Assembly: GCA_029256575.1 (NCBI GenBank)
Contig: JAQSXR010000002.1
Coordinates: 72,272-136,271, forward strand
From: Clostridiales bacterium
GTDB lineage: Bacteria > Bacillota > Clostridia > Lachnospirales > JAQSXR01
DNA length: 64,000 nucleotides
Direction: 5' to 3'
Shown: piece after piece, positions 49,204 through 59,078 of the stretch
How the letters are laid out: each line of letters starts with the position of its first letter
Numbering within the stretch: the stretch's first letter is position 1
The notes under the pieces: model-generated
Databases searched by the model: none
Told to the model about the DNA's origin: nothing
What the model saw: the letters and a program-made list of their open reading frames with translations, nothing else
Translations under genes and position numbers: made by a program

Positions 49204-51594
49204 TTATTTACGAAGTTCTATTCCGTTTTTCTCTAAAACAGATAATTGTTTGGAAATAATGTCATTTACATCTTTATCTTCAAGGGTTTTATCTTTCGCT
49301 CTAAATACTAAAGAGTAAGCTACTGATTTATATCCCTTATCAATTTTATCTCCTTGGTATACGTCAAATAACGAAACACTTTCTAATATTTTGCCACCAT
49401 TATTTCTTAATATTTCTTCGATTTCACCAACCGTTGTGTCTACTTTTGTAAGGAGACTTAAGTCTCTTGTCACGGCTGGAAACTTAGCAAGATGTTCATA
49501 TTTTCTTTCTGTTGTTGCATATTTTGTCAAAGTTGGCATATCGATAACAGCAACATAAGCCTTTTCACCAATTGAATAATTATCGAGAACTTCCGGATGG
49601 ATTTCTCCAATATATCCAAGTACTTCCCCATTATATATTACATCAGCTTTACGGCCTGGATGTAACCAGCTATTTGTACAATTAGGATCGTACTTAGGAA
49701 TGTTTAATAATCCTAATTTCTCAAATAATGTTTCAATAACACCCTTCATATAAAAGAAATCTATATTGCCATACATTCCAAGCGTTAATTGCATTCTTTC
49801 ATCTGGTAATTCAACAAGTGGGACAGCTTTCGGAACATAAATGTTAGCCAATTCATAAAGCTTTGCAGATTTGTTTCTTCTATTATAATTTGTTGAAAGT
49901 GATGATAAAATACCTTCCATTGTAGTTGTACGCATAATACTATAATCTTCACCCAATGGGTTTGAGATCTTAACTGCTTCACGTAGTTTATCACCCTCAG
50001 GAATTAGTAATTTATCAAATACTTTTGGACTTTCAAAAGCATATACTAAGCATCCATTGAATCCACACTGTTCAACAACATTTCTAGTCATATCTTCAAC
50101 ATTTTGCTTGAAGTTTAATTTACCAACAGTTGGAGTTCCAGATGGTAATGTTACTGGAATATTATTATATCCAAATAATCTTGCAACTTCTTCCGCTAAG
50201 TCTGCATTCGTTTCTAAATCAGTTCTAAAAGTAGGAACTTTAACCATTTTAGTTTCTGCGTTATATTCACATTCAACTCTCTTTAAATATCCTACCATTT
50301 CATCTTCTGATAAATTAATACCTAATAACTTATTTGTCTTTTCTGCACTAAATTGAACTTCCCATGGCTTACGTACGTTCGGGTAATTATCAATCATTCC
50401 GCTTACTACTTCTCCAGCACCTAATTCCACTACTAATTGGCAAGCACGATTTACTGCTATCTCAGCTAAATTTGGATCCAATCCTTTTTCATATTTACCT
50501 GATGATTCTGTTCTTAAACCTAGTTTTTTACCAGATAATCTAATATTAGTACCATCAAAGGTTGCAGACTCAAACAATAATGTAGTCGTATTCTCCATTA
50601 TTTTAGTTTGTTCTCCACCCATAATACCAGCAATTGCAGTTGCCTTTGAAGCATCGGCAATTACAAGCATAGAAGAGTCAAGCTTTCTTTCTTGTCCGTC
50701 TAATGTTTGAATTTTTTCCCCATCATAAGCACATCTTACAATTATTTTCTTTTCTTCTAAACATTCTAGATCAAACGCATGCATAGGTTGACCAAATTCT
50801 AGCATGACATAGTTTGTGATATCTACTATATTATTAATTGGTCTTACACCACAAGCTACAAGTCTTTTTTGCATCCATTTTGGCGATGGTTCCACTTTTA
50901 TATTCTTAACAATTCTTGCTGCATATCTTAGACAGAGATTTGGTGCTTGAATTTCTACTTTCGCATAATCATTTGCATCTCCACCTATTTCTTTTACTTC
51001 CACTTTTGGGAATCGAAAAGGCTTATTGTAAGTTGCTGCTGCTTCTCTTGCAATTCCTAAAACGCTATAGCAATCAACACGATTTGATGTTATCTCATAC
51101 TCAATTACTGTTTCATCTAGGCCAAATGCAGTTTTTGCATCACTACCTATTTTAACGTCTTCACTAAATACATAAATTCCATGTTCAGGTGCTTCTGGGA
51201 ATTCTTCTCTCGTTGCGCCTAATTCTTCAACTGAACACATCATTCCATTTGACTCAACTCCACGAAGTTTACTTTTCTTTATCTTAAAATCGCCAGCAAG
51301 TCTAGCACCATCAAGTGCAACAGGAATGACATCTCCTACTTGAACGTTAGTTGCTGCTGTAACTATTTGAAGTGGAGCCTCTCTTCCAACCTCAACTTGG
51401 CATACTCTTAACTTATCTGCATCTGGATGTTTTGTAATCTCTACGATCTTTCCAACAAATACTCCAGAAATATCTTTTCCTTTTTCTTCAAGACCTTCAA
51501 CCTTTGTTCCTGACATTGTCATATCATCACAAAAAGTAATTGGGTCCACATCTATATCTACATACTCTCTTAACCATGATAATGGAGTTAACAT
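49204..51594 (-). CDS. pheT: Phenylalanine--tRNA ligase beta subunit
   Basis: 796 aa. N-terminus MLTPLSWLREYVD, followed by tRNA-binding, B3/4, B5 and FDX-ACB domains in the canonical order. Confidence 0.95.
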   Translation of the reverse strand: MLTPLSWLREYVDIDVDPITFCDDMTMSGTKVEGLEEKGKDISGVFVGKIVEITKHPDADKLRVCQVEVGREAPLQIVTAATNVQVGDVIPVALDGARLAGDFKIKKSKLRGVESNGMMCSVEELGATREEFPEAPEHGIYVFSEDVKIGSDAKTAFGLDETVIEYEITSNRVDCYSVLGIAREAAATYNKPFRFPKVEVKEIGGDANDYAKVEIQAPNLCLRYAARIVKNIKVEPSPKWMQKRLVACGVRPINNIVDITNYVMLEFGQPMHAFDLECLEEKKIIVRCAYDGEKIQTLDGQERKLDSSMLVIADASKATAIAGIMGGEQTKIMENTTTLLFESATFDGTNIRLSGKKLGLRTESSGKYEKGLDPNLAEIAVNRACQLVVELGAGEVVSGMIDNYPNVRKPWEVQFSAEKTNKLLGINLSEDEMVGYLKRVECEYNAETKMVKVPTFRTDLETNADLAEEVARLFGYNNIPVTLPSGTPTVGKLNFKQNVEDMTRNVVEQCGFNGCLVYAFESPKVFDKLLIPEGDKLREAVKISNPLGEDYSIMRTTTMEGILSSLSTNYNRRNKSAKLYELANIYVPKAVPLVELPDERMQLTLGMYGNIDFFYMKGVIETLFEKLGLLNIPKYDPNCTNSWLHPGRKADVIYNGEVLGYIGEIHPEVLDNYSIGEKAYVAVIDMPTLTKYATTERKYEHLAKFPAVTRDLSLLTKVDTTVGEIEEILRNNGGKILESVSLFDVYQGDKIDKGYKSVAYSLVFRAKDKTLEDKDVNDIISKQLSVLEKNGIELRK

Positions 51595-51612
51595 ATATTT
51601 TCCCTGCCTTTC

Positions 51613-52632
51613 CTAGAATTGTTTTAGAAAACGTACATCGTTTTCATAAAGTAATCTCATGTCATCAATTCCGTATCTTAGTAGTGCAATACGTTCAAGT
51701 CCCATACCAAATGCAAACCCTTGGTATACATCTGGGTCAATACCACTTTGTTTCAATACTTTTGGATGAACCATACCACAACCTAATACTTCAATCCAGC
51801 CAGTTCCTTTACACATTCTACATCCTTTACCACCACATACTGCACAAGATACATCCATTTCTGCACTTGGCTCTGTAAATGGGAAATGATGTGGTCTAAA
51901 TTTAACTTTAACGTCAGGGCCATACAATTCTTTTGCAAATACTGCTAAAGCACCTTTTAAATCTGCCATAGTAATATTCTTATCAATAACTAAACCTTCT
52001 ATTTGATGGAAAGATGGTGAATGGGTCGCATCCACTTCATCCGCTCTAAATACACGGCCAGGAGCTATTACTTTAATTGGAGGTTGTGAATTCTCCATAA
52101 CTCTTACTTGAACAGATGAAGTTTGTGTTCGAAGTAAGATATCATTTCCAATGTAAAACGTATCTTGTTCATCTTTTGCAGGATGATTTGCTGGTATATT
52201 TAAGGCTTCGAAATTATAATAGTCAAACTCAACTTCAGGACCTTCTACTATTTCATATCCCATTCCTATAAATATTTTCTTAAGATCATCTATTACAATA
52301 TTCATTGGGTGGCGATGTCCTATTTCCATATGTTTTGCTGGCATAGTTACATCAATCTTTTCATTTTTCAGTTGAACGTCTCTAACTGTTTTAGCAATCT
52401 TTGAACCTACCTCATCAAGTGCTTTTTCAATTGCCTCTCTTACATCGTTTACCATTTGACCAACAACTGGTCTTTCCTCAGTAGAAACGTCCTTCATTCC
52501 TTTTAATATTGCTGTTAGTTCGCCTTTTTTTCCAAGGTACTGAACTCTAATATCATTTAATGCTGCTATCGTGCCCTCAGTTGATATTTTGCTAAGTGCT
52601 GCTTCTTTAATTCTTTGTAATTGTTCTTTCAT
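51613..52632 (-). CDS. pheS: Phenylalanine--tRNA ligase alpha subunit
   Basis: Class II motifs (HPMN..., FRPHHFPFTEPS, GFAFGMGLERI). Confidence 0.95.
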   Translation of the reverse strand: MKEQLQRIKEAALSKISTEGTIAALNDIRVQYLGKKGELTAILKGMKDVSTEERPVVGQMVNDVREAIEKALDEVGSKIAKTVRDVQLKNEKIDVTMPAKHMEIGHRHPMNIVIDDLKKIFIGMGYEIVEGPEVEFDYYNFEALNIPANHPAKDEQDTFYIGNDILLRTQTSSVQVRVMENSQPPIKVIAPGRVFRADEVDATHSPSFHQIEGLVIDKNITMADLKGALAVFAKELYGPDVKVKFRPHHFPFTEPSAEMDVSCAVCGGKGCRMCKGTGWIEVLGCGMVHPKVLKQSGIDPDVYQGFAFGMGLERIALLRYGIDDMRLLYENDVRFLKQF

Positions 52633-52649
52633 ATCATTTCTCCTTCCAT

Positions 52650-52935
52650 ATACTCTAAATATAGCATTTCTTATTTAATCTGTATCATTCTTGGGCATAA
52701 AAAAAACGCCCCATAAAGGGACGGATTGTTTCCGCGGTACCACCCTAATTTCCTCTTTGAGGACTCTCGAATTCGTGTAACGTACGATTACGTCATCTCC
52801 TACTACTATTTCAGAAACGCAGCTCCAGTGGGAAATTCAATATTTGCCTGAACCAAAATGTGCTTGCAGCCGATGACACATTCTCTCTATTAGTAAACAA
52901 ATATCTACTTACACTTTCATAGCCTTTTAATACTA
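52650..52935 (-). promoter_or_regulatory. T-box riboswitch leader of pheST
   Basis: The minus strand carries the T-box sequence AATTAGGGTGGTACCGCGG (52732-52750). A terminator (cgtccc/ggggcg plus U8, about 52699-52725) follows. An upstream AGAGA box and a UUC-containing specifier region (GAAUUUCCCA) are present. Confidence 0.85.
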
Positions 52936-52937
52936 AC

Positions 52938-52966
52938 AATATATACTACTAGAGCTATTTTGTCAA
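52938..52966 (-). promoter_or_regulatory. Sigma-A-type promoter for the pheST T-box leader
   Basis: On the minus strand: TTGACA (52961-52966), a 17-nt spacer, then TATATT (52938-52943). The -35 overlaps the stop of the upstream gene. Confidence 0.6.
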
Positions 52967-53800
52967 CCCTCGAACTACCTTATATTCTGGCATAAGAATT
53001 GCATTAATTTCAGCACCAATAATAACTATATTGGCTAGTAGGTATAACCATAGCAGTGTAATTACTATACCTGCAAGACTTCCATACATATATGAGAAAT
53101 TAGAAGCACTATCTACATAGACGGAAAATATGAATGATGTTACCATCCAAGCAACCGCTGAAAACAATGCCCCTGGAAGAATTGATTTTATCTTGTATTT
53201 TGCACTAGGTAAAAATCGATAGATAAGTGTAAAAAAGCCAAGTAGTGCAAGAGTTGTAAATACAAATCTCAAAGAGCTAATTGTTAAAATCAATTTTTCA
53301 GTAAGTGAAAATCGAACTGCTATTAAACTTAAAACTTTATTTCCAAATACTATAATTGTGAGTGAAAATATTAAAATAAAAACAAATGCTAATGTATATA
53401 AAGCAGCTATTAATCTCGTGTGAAAGTAATTTCTCTTTTCTTCAATACCATGTGCTACATTTATACCATTAATGATTGCTAATGTACCTTTTGACATAGC
53501 CCACAAAGTACCGAGGAATGTAACGGACAATACTAGATTACTTTTACCAACAGAAATATCATTCACTACTGAAAATATTATATTATTTACTGCAACTGGG
53601 AAAAAGGGTTGCATTTTAATCAATACCTCCGCTCGTGTAATTGGAGTATATTGGATAATTGATAATACGAACATAAGTAACGGAAAAATAGAAAGAAATA
53701 AAAAATATGCAACTTGTGAAGAAACAGCTGATATATTATCTCGCTTACCCCTTTTTAATAATTTTGCGATAAATATAATAATTTTATTTATTATAATCAT
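52955..53800 (-). CDS. YihY/BrkB (ribonuclease BN-like) family membrane protein
   Basis: Polytopic protein with SSQVAYFLFLSIFPLL and a C-terminal LLWLYLLANIVIIGAEINA, both typical of YihY. The start is moved to MIIINK. Confidence 0.8.
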   Translation of the reverse strand: MIIINKIIIFIAKLLKRGKRDNISAVSSQVAYFLFLSIFPLLMFVLSIIQYTPITRAEVLIKMQPFFPVAVNNIIFSVVNDISVGKSNLVLSVTFLGTLWAMSKGTLAIINGINVAHGIEEKRNYFHTRLIAALYTLAFVFILIFSLTIIVFGNKVLSLIAVRFSLTEKLILTISSLRFVFTTLALLGFFTLIYRFLPSAKYKIKSILPGALFSAVAWMVTSFIFSVYVDSASNFSYMYGSLAGIVITLLWLYLLANIVIIGAEINAILMPEYKVVRGLTK

Positions 53801-54017
53801 AATATCACACTTCCTTTCGGAATATTTTAACATGTTAGATATCAAGACTCAAGAGAAAAATATTAAAATATGGAGAGAATGAAATTGATGTATTTAACAG
53901 GTTAAAAAGCAAAAAAACTATATAAAATAAATTATATAGTTTTATACATGTTACTATTATGACGAAATGCTAGTTTTTTATTACATATAAATTACTATTT
54001 ATAAATATAATTGAAAA

Positions 54018-54602
54018 TTAGAATTTCTTCCAATTCGTAAATGCATCTGTTACACTGTCAAGTAAAGAAGCTGGTATAATAATTTCTGTATCTGATACTA
54101 TTTTATTTTCTGGCATGATAGGGACAGGATTACATCCACCACGTTCTTGTTCAATCTGGTCTAATTCAAATAAATTACCGCAGTTCTGACATTCGAATAC
54201 GTCATCCTTTTGTATAAAATAAGCTTTCGGACTGCCATTACATACTTGACAAGTGTTAAGTGCAGTTCTTATAGTTCCATCATTTGCTTTTACCGCAAAT
54301 AATCCGATAGTTGTTCCATTTGCATCATAATTTATAAATGTAGCTTTCTCAGTTATGCTAGCTACTTCAATTACTACATCACCATCATTATTTAATATTG
54401 CAGGTGTTCCTTCACTTTCATCAACGGTTTCTATATCATCTGTTGAATCTATTACCTCTGTATTAGTATTTACAGCTGTATTACCTGTATTCCCCTTCTG
54501 TGTAAATAAAACTACCGCAACAGCAACAATAGCAACAGCCATTGCAATAAATATAAGCGGATTTTGTTTTGCAGTTTTATTATTCTGATTATTTTTCCCC
54601 AT
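54018..54602 (-). CDS. DUF2318-like membrane-anchored Cys-cluster protein
   Basis: N-terminal TM anchor, then CQVCNGS...ECQNCGNLF...GGCNPVPI, the pattern characteristic of DUF2318. The start is moved to MGKNNQ, which follows GGAGAGG. Confidence 0.6.
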   Translation of the reverse strand: MGKNNQNNKTAKQNPLIFIAMAVAIVAVAVVLFTQKGNTGNTAVNTNTEVIDSTDDIETVDESEGTPAILNNDGDVVIEVASITEKATFINYDANGTTIGLFAVKANDGTIRTALNTCQVCNGSPKAYFIQKDDVFECQNCGNLFELDQIEQERGGCNPVPIMPENKIVSDTEIIIPASLLDSVTDAFTNWKKF

Positions 54603-54753
54603 AATTATATACCTCTCCATTCGTAAATTCGTATTTTATAATAGTTTCTCAATAAGCTTATTATAAACCACTACTATGGAGATAATATGAATATTCTAAA
54701 TTTGAATTTATTTATATAACCTTTCTCAAATTCGAGGCAGATTCTCATAAACA

Positions 54754-57207
54754 CTATCGTACTTCAACACCTTTGTAGTAGTGTTGGAGCACTTCAATGT
54801 ATGTCTTACCTAGTGTAATCATTGTTTTTACCCCATTCTGACTCATTCCAACCCCATGACCATATCCACCACCAATGAAATTGATTGATTCTAGCGTGTC
54901 ACCCGAATATACTTTTTGCATAATAAAAAATGCACTTGGAAGCATTGTCATATTCTTTTGTACACTTCCATCTTTTCGCTTCAATTCTATGTCTGCACCT
55001 CCACTTAGTGTATTTTTAGGAGCTAACAATAGTCTTATATTATATTCTGTTCCTACTTTAATCGTTGCCTCAGTTCCTATAATAATAATTTCTGTTAATA
55101 CTCCGCTTTTTCCTCTCGAATATACTTTAACATCTTTCACATCACCAACAGTTGATATCTCTCTACTTCTATATTTTCCATCTTCACCTAAAGTTTTGAT
55201 TAATTTGGGTACTATTTTATAACGATTACTCAAATTCGCATTAACAGATGCCGTTATTTGAGCAAGATTAAGGTTAACACTCCACCGGTTCCAAGCATAT
55301 TCCAAATCGTAGCTATCGTATGCATTATTTTTGATAAATTCGGAAAATACAAGTTCATCACTTAAATCCAATTCTTGTGCAGCTTCATTTTGCGTTCTTG
55401 ATTTTAAATAATCAGGTGTGTAAGTAGGAAAATCTCTGTTTGCGGAAGTCCATACTTCTCCCGAATTTGCAGTTACACCACAGCTAGTTGAGAAAAAATT
55501 TGCAGATATTACATTCCCATTGCTTCTTAACATAACTCCAGCTGTATCTTTTACCGCCTTTATTGATTTGTCATCCTCTGGTGCTGTATTATATACTTGG
55601 CTTGCTACGCTATCATCTACATGTGCACCATATGTACAAAATGAATTTGCATAAAATCTAGCATATGCAAAGCTTCTAGCACATACTGCTTGCACCTTTA
55701 GTGCCTCCAAATCTACCGATGTTGACATCTCTCCAGGAATAACAGCATATAAATATTCTTCAAAGTTAACCACGTTAACAACATTTATCCCCTCTGGTGT
55801 AAGAGTAACTTCTAAATAACCTCTGTAGCTGGGATTTATTGATCCTCTGCTAATTGTAAGTAGCTTAATTTTCCCAGTACTATTCGTACTAATAATAGTT
55901 CTTCCGATTTCTAACTCTTCCTTAATTACTTCATAAACATCGCCCGGTTTATAAACTTGTATTTTATCTCCTATTTGCACGGTATAGTTAACATCTGAAG
56001 TAACCCTAACCACATCATGTGCATATTGACCCATTGTATTATTACTTATTAGCACTCGGATTCGATCTATTATTATATCCTTATTAATTATCGCTGCGCA
56101 TATCTTTCCATTATCAATAACAAATTCACCCACTACATATCCAACTATTAAATTTGATACCGTTTTACTCTCTACCTTGTCATTAACTTTATATATTTTA
56201 TAGTCTGGAGTAAATTCAAGTACTCCTTTACCTTCTATCTCAATACTTTTATTTGTCACCTTTAAAACTTTTCCATCAATTATTTCAGTTTTAAATATTA
56301 CATTATCTACTTTTCCATCAAATAACTTTATATCACCTACAACACCATTCCTGGCTTCGATTATATTGTTCGTTTCGAAAGTTCTATATTCACCACTCAT
56401 AAATATTCTTACTTCTTTTTCTTTCACTTCCTCAATCCATGCATTTGTTATTAGAGGATTATTATCAATCATGTCGAGTACAGCTATGATTTCTTCATCT
56501 CGTATTAGTACGCGTATTCTTTTATCAATCAATCGATCGACACTTAACCCTTCGAATACAAATTTTCCTTTATCACTAACTAGCTCCCATGCATTTAGTC
56601 CTGCTATATTTGCTGGGGTCCCTATAATAACCATATCTGTTACTCTTATATCGTTATCAACATCTTCTAATTCTACAACTGTTTCGTATATTTCAAACCA
56701 ATCCTTAACGCTTATGGCATCCCCTGCTTTTGCACTCGTTATTTCTTGAGGGAGTTTTTCTTTATTAATACCGTACTTGAGTGCTACATTTATAGCTTCT
56801 TCATAACTAACTGTTTTGAAAGGTTCAAAATTCTCACTTTCAGGTTTAAATATATTTTCAATTGCTACAACATTAATATATTTGTCATACCAAGACTCGC
56901 TATCGGTATCAGCATATTCAATTTCTCTATCATAATTTTGATATATCTGACTCTTACTATTTGATATTAAAGCAACCATTTTTGCTAATAATCCTCTTGT
57001 CAATAACTCAGTATCATCTAGTTTATATTCCCATTCATATTCCTTAATTTGTGTGTCATCCTCAGTTGTTGATGTTGTAGCTAACGAAATATTAGTTTCA
57101 GTATTTGTATCACTCTGAACCTCTCTTTCATTTTCTATAATGCTTGGCAAGATTATAGCTACTACTATAATTAGTATCATAAATATTATTGCTATCCCTT
57201 TTTTCAT
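54754..57207 (-). CDS. Large SpoIID/LytB-domain protein (817 aa)
   Basis: N-terminal anchor. C-terminal SpoIID motifs YLYAVIPGE...EALKVQAVCARSFA...SQVY and GHGVGMSQNG. SD AGGAGG is present. Confidence 0.85.
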   Translation of the reverse strand: MKKGIAIIFMILIIVVAIILPSIIENEREVQSDTNTETNISLATTSTTEDDTQIKEYEWEYKLDDTELLTRGLLAKMVALISNSKSQIYQNYDREIEYADTDSESWYDKYINVVAIENIFKPESENFEPFKTVSYEEAINVALKYGINKEKLPQEITSAKAGDAISVKDWFEIYETVVELEDVDNDIRVTDMVIIGTPANIAGLNAWELVSDKGKFVFEGLSVDRLIDKRIRVLIRDEEIIAVLDMIDNNPLITNAWIEEVKEKEVRIFMSGEYRTFETNNIIEARNGVVGDIKLFDGKVDNVIFKTEIIDGKVLKVTNKSIEIEGKGVLEFTPDYKIYKVNDKVESKTVSNLIVGYVVGEFVIDNGKICAAIINKDIIIDRIRVLISNNTMGQYAHDVVRVTSDVNYTVQIGDKIQVYKPGDVYEVIKEELEIGRTIISTNSTGKIKLLTISRGSINPSYRGYLEVTLTPEGINVVNVVNFEEYLYAVIPGEMSTSVDLEALKVQAVCARSFAYARFYANSFCTYGAHVDDSVASQVYNTAPEDDKSIKAVKDTAGVMLRSNGNVISANFFSTSCGVTANSGEVWTSANRDFPTYTPDYLKSRTQNEAAQELDLSDELVFSEFIKNNAYDSYDLEYAWNRWSVNLNLAQITASVNANLSNRYKIVPKLIKTLGEDGKYRSREISTVGDVKDVKVYSRGKSGVLTEIIIIGTEATIKVGTEYNIRLLLAPKNTLSGGADIELKRKDGSVQKNMTMLPSAFFIMQKVYSGDTLESINFIGGGYGHGVGMSQNGVKTMITLGKTYIEVLQHYYKGVEVR

Positions 57208-57271
57208 ATCTTGTCCTCCTGTATTATTATATATATTTTATTCGTAATGTTTGCCATATATTCATCGAAAC

Positions 57272-57531
57272 AAATAAAAAAAAGTAGCATATAGCTACTT
57301 TTGAAAGTTGGTTTCATATTCTAACGAAATTAAAATCTACTTTTTATGTACAAACCCAAAATGCCGTGCCTGTATTTTGACTCCTAGCAATGCTAGGGGG
57401 GTTTCCGCACCAACACTTCTGTCTTCCACTGCAAACGGTGGCCTGACATCTATGTTGAGATATAAGAATCCCATTTTTAAAGATGTAGGTTCAAAATGAC
57501 AGGTTTATCGAACATCTCAGGAATTTTGTAT
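57272..57531 (-). ncRNA. Unclassified structured 5' leader (riboswitch/attenuator candidate) with an intrinsic terminator
   Basis: A consensus promoter lies upstream. A GC-enriched core sits at about 57355-57450. Local hairpins include CCUAGC-AUU-GCUAGG and CCAC-N8-GUGG. The terminator aaaaguagc-uauau-gcuacuuuu plus a U-tract is at 57272-57303, 65 nt before the SpoIID-like start. Confidence 0.55.
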
Positions 57532-57537
57532 ATTTTT

Positions 57538-57566
57538 ATTATAGTTTATAAAACATCTTTTTTCAA
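57538..57566 (-). promoter_or_regulatory. Sigma-A-type promoter driving the leader RNA and SpoIID-like gene
   Basis: On the minus strand: TTGAAA (57561-57566), a 17-nt spacer, then TATAAT (57538-57543). Confidence 0.65.
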
Positions 57567-57719
57567 GCCTTATATGCTAATTTACTCAAATTCCCTTTTT
57601 TAACTTGTCCTAAAATAGCTATTTATAAAATAACTTGTACTACTTGTTTACTTGATAAATTTATAAACAGTATTATATACAGTTTCCTTAATTATATACG
57701 TGTTTTTTTTTTAATCTTA

Positions 57720-57728
57720 TGATATAAT
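57720..57728 (+). promoter_or_regulatory. Extended -10 promoter element for the PFK-family gene
   Basis: TGaTATAAT lies about 38 nt upstream of the ATG, and SD AGGAGG follows it. Confidence 0.5.
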
Positions 57729-57766
57729 GTCACCGTTACAAACAAAGCATCCTAGGAGGGTATTTC

Positions 57767-59011
57767 ATGTCGAATAAACTGAACTGTATTGTCGCGCAAT
57801 CTGGTGGTCCAACTTCTGTAATTAATGCTAGTTTAGCAGGTGTAATCGAAGCAGCTCTTAATAATAATCATATCGATAAGGTATATGGAGCAATACATGG
57901 AATAAATGGGGTCTTAAGAAACTCCTATATTGAACTAAATGAGCTTTTTAGTAATCACGATAATATTGAGTTATTAAAAACCACACCTTCAATGTACCTA
58001 GGTTCTTGCAGACACAAGCTTCCAAGTGTATCACAAGACTCTACAGAATATGAAGCAATTTTTAGTTTTTTTAAGAGAATGAATATTGGTTTTTTCTTCT
58101 ATATTGGTGGAAATGATTCAATGGATACTGTTGATAAACTTAACAAGTATGCAATTAGTAATGGTATAAAAAACATAAATATTATTGGTATACCAAAGAC
58201 TATTGATAATGATTTATATGGAACTGATCATTCACCAGGGTTTGGTTCAGCTGCAAAATTTATTGCAACCTCTTTATTAGAGGTTATACATGATACATAT
58301 ATTTACGATTTACAAAGTGTAACGATTGTAGAAATCATGGGAAGAAATGCTGGATGGCTCACTGCTGCCGCTGCCCTTGCAAGAACAGGTAATAATACTT
58401 CACCAGACTTAATTTATTTACCAGAACGAGTTTTTTCAACTTCACAATTTATTGATGATATTAACACCGTTTTAAGAAACAAAAAAAATGTAATTATTGC
58501 TGTTTCGGAAGGTATTAAAAATAAGGATGGTGAGTATATTGCCGCTTCAAGCACCGATATGGACCAATTTGGGCATTTCAAGCTTAGTGGAGTAGGAAAT
58601 GTACTAGAGCATCTCGTTACGACTGAAATTGGATGCAAAGTACGTTCCATTGAACTTAGCGTTCTTCAAAGAAGCGCTTCACATATTTCTTCCTTAACAG
58701 ATGTAACGGAGGCTTTTCTAGTTGGTAATAAAGCCGTTGAATTTGCTACTAGTGGAATTTCAGGTGCAATGATAGTAATTAATAGAGAAACAACTTCCCC
58801 TTACAAATCAACAATATCTTCTTTACCAATTAATAAGATTGCAAACTTAGAGAAAGTAGTCCCATTAGAATGGATTAACGAAGCTGGAAATGATATATCC
58901 GAGGAATTCATTGCATATATGGCCCCTCTAATAAAAGGTGAAACAAAAATAGAATATGAAAATGGAATTCCAAAATATATGCCAATTGACCACTTATTCA
59001 ATAGTATTTAA
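57767..59011 (+). CDS. Phosphofructokinase-family enzyme (long form; GGND motif suggests PPi-dependent type)
   Basis: SGGPTSVINAS, IGGNDSMDT, PKTIDND and MGRNAGWL motifs. Confidence 0.85.
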   Translation: MSNKLNCIVAQSGGPTSVINASLAGVIEAALNNNHIDKVYGAIHGINGVLRNSYIELNELFSNHDNIELLKTTPSMYLGSCRHKLPSVSQDSTEYEAIFSFFKRMNIGFFFYIGGNDSMDTVDKLNKYAISNGIKNINIIGIPKTIDNDLYGTDHSPGFGSAAKFIATSLLEVIHDTYIYDLQSVTIVEIMGRNAGWLTAAAALARTGNNTSPDLIYLPERVFSTSQFIDDINTVLRNKKNVIIAVSEGIKNKDGEYIAASSTDMDQFGHFKLSGVGNVLEHLVTTEIGCKVRSIELSVLQRSASHISSLTDVTEAFLVGNKAVEFATSGISGAMIVINRETTSPYKSTISSLPINKIANLEKVVPLEWINEAGNDISEEFIAYMAPLIKGETKIEYENGIPKYMPIDHLFNSI

Positions 59012-59028
59012 CAAGAAAGGATGTAGCA

Positions 59029-59068
59029 AAACTTAACAAGTTCGCTACATCCCTTTTTATTAATTAAA
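59029..59068 (+). terminator. Intrinsic terminator
   Basis: ggatgtagc ... gctacatcc stem followed by ttttt. Confidence 0.7.
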
Positions 59069-59078
59069 ACTAATATCA

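Noticed and set aside
57395-57460. SRP RNA domain IV-like string GUCAGGCC...GGAAGACAG, and a TPP-like CUGAGA...UUGAACCU string near the 5' end.
   Set aside because: The nearly invariant SRP motif GGUCCGGAAGGAAGCAGC is not present. The TPP elements GGGGUGC and GCGUAGGGA are also absent. The resemblances are short and probably coincidental.
57337-57474. 45-codon minus-strand ORF (MGFLYLNIDVRPPFAVEDRS...) inside the leader RNA.
   Set aside because: There is no SD upstream of the ATG. The ORF is rich in GC-rich codons (CGG, CCG, CCC, GCG) that are atypical for this AT-rich genome. It coincides with the hairpin-rich core, so it is more likely structured RNA than coding. A leader-peptide role cannot be fully excluded.
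57308-57499. 63-aa plus-strand ORF from the track.
   Set aside because: It lies antisense to the promoter/terminator-defined leader, has no SD, and the nearby PFK gene has its own promoter at 57720.
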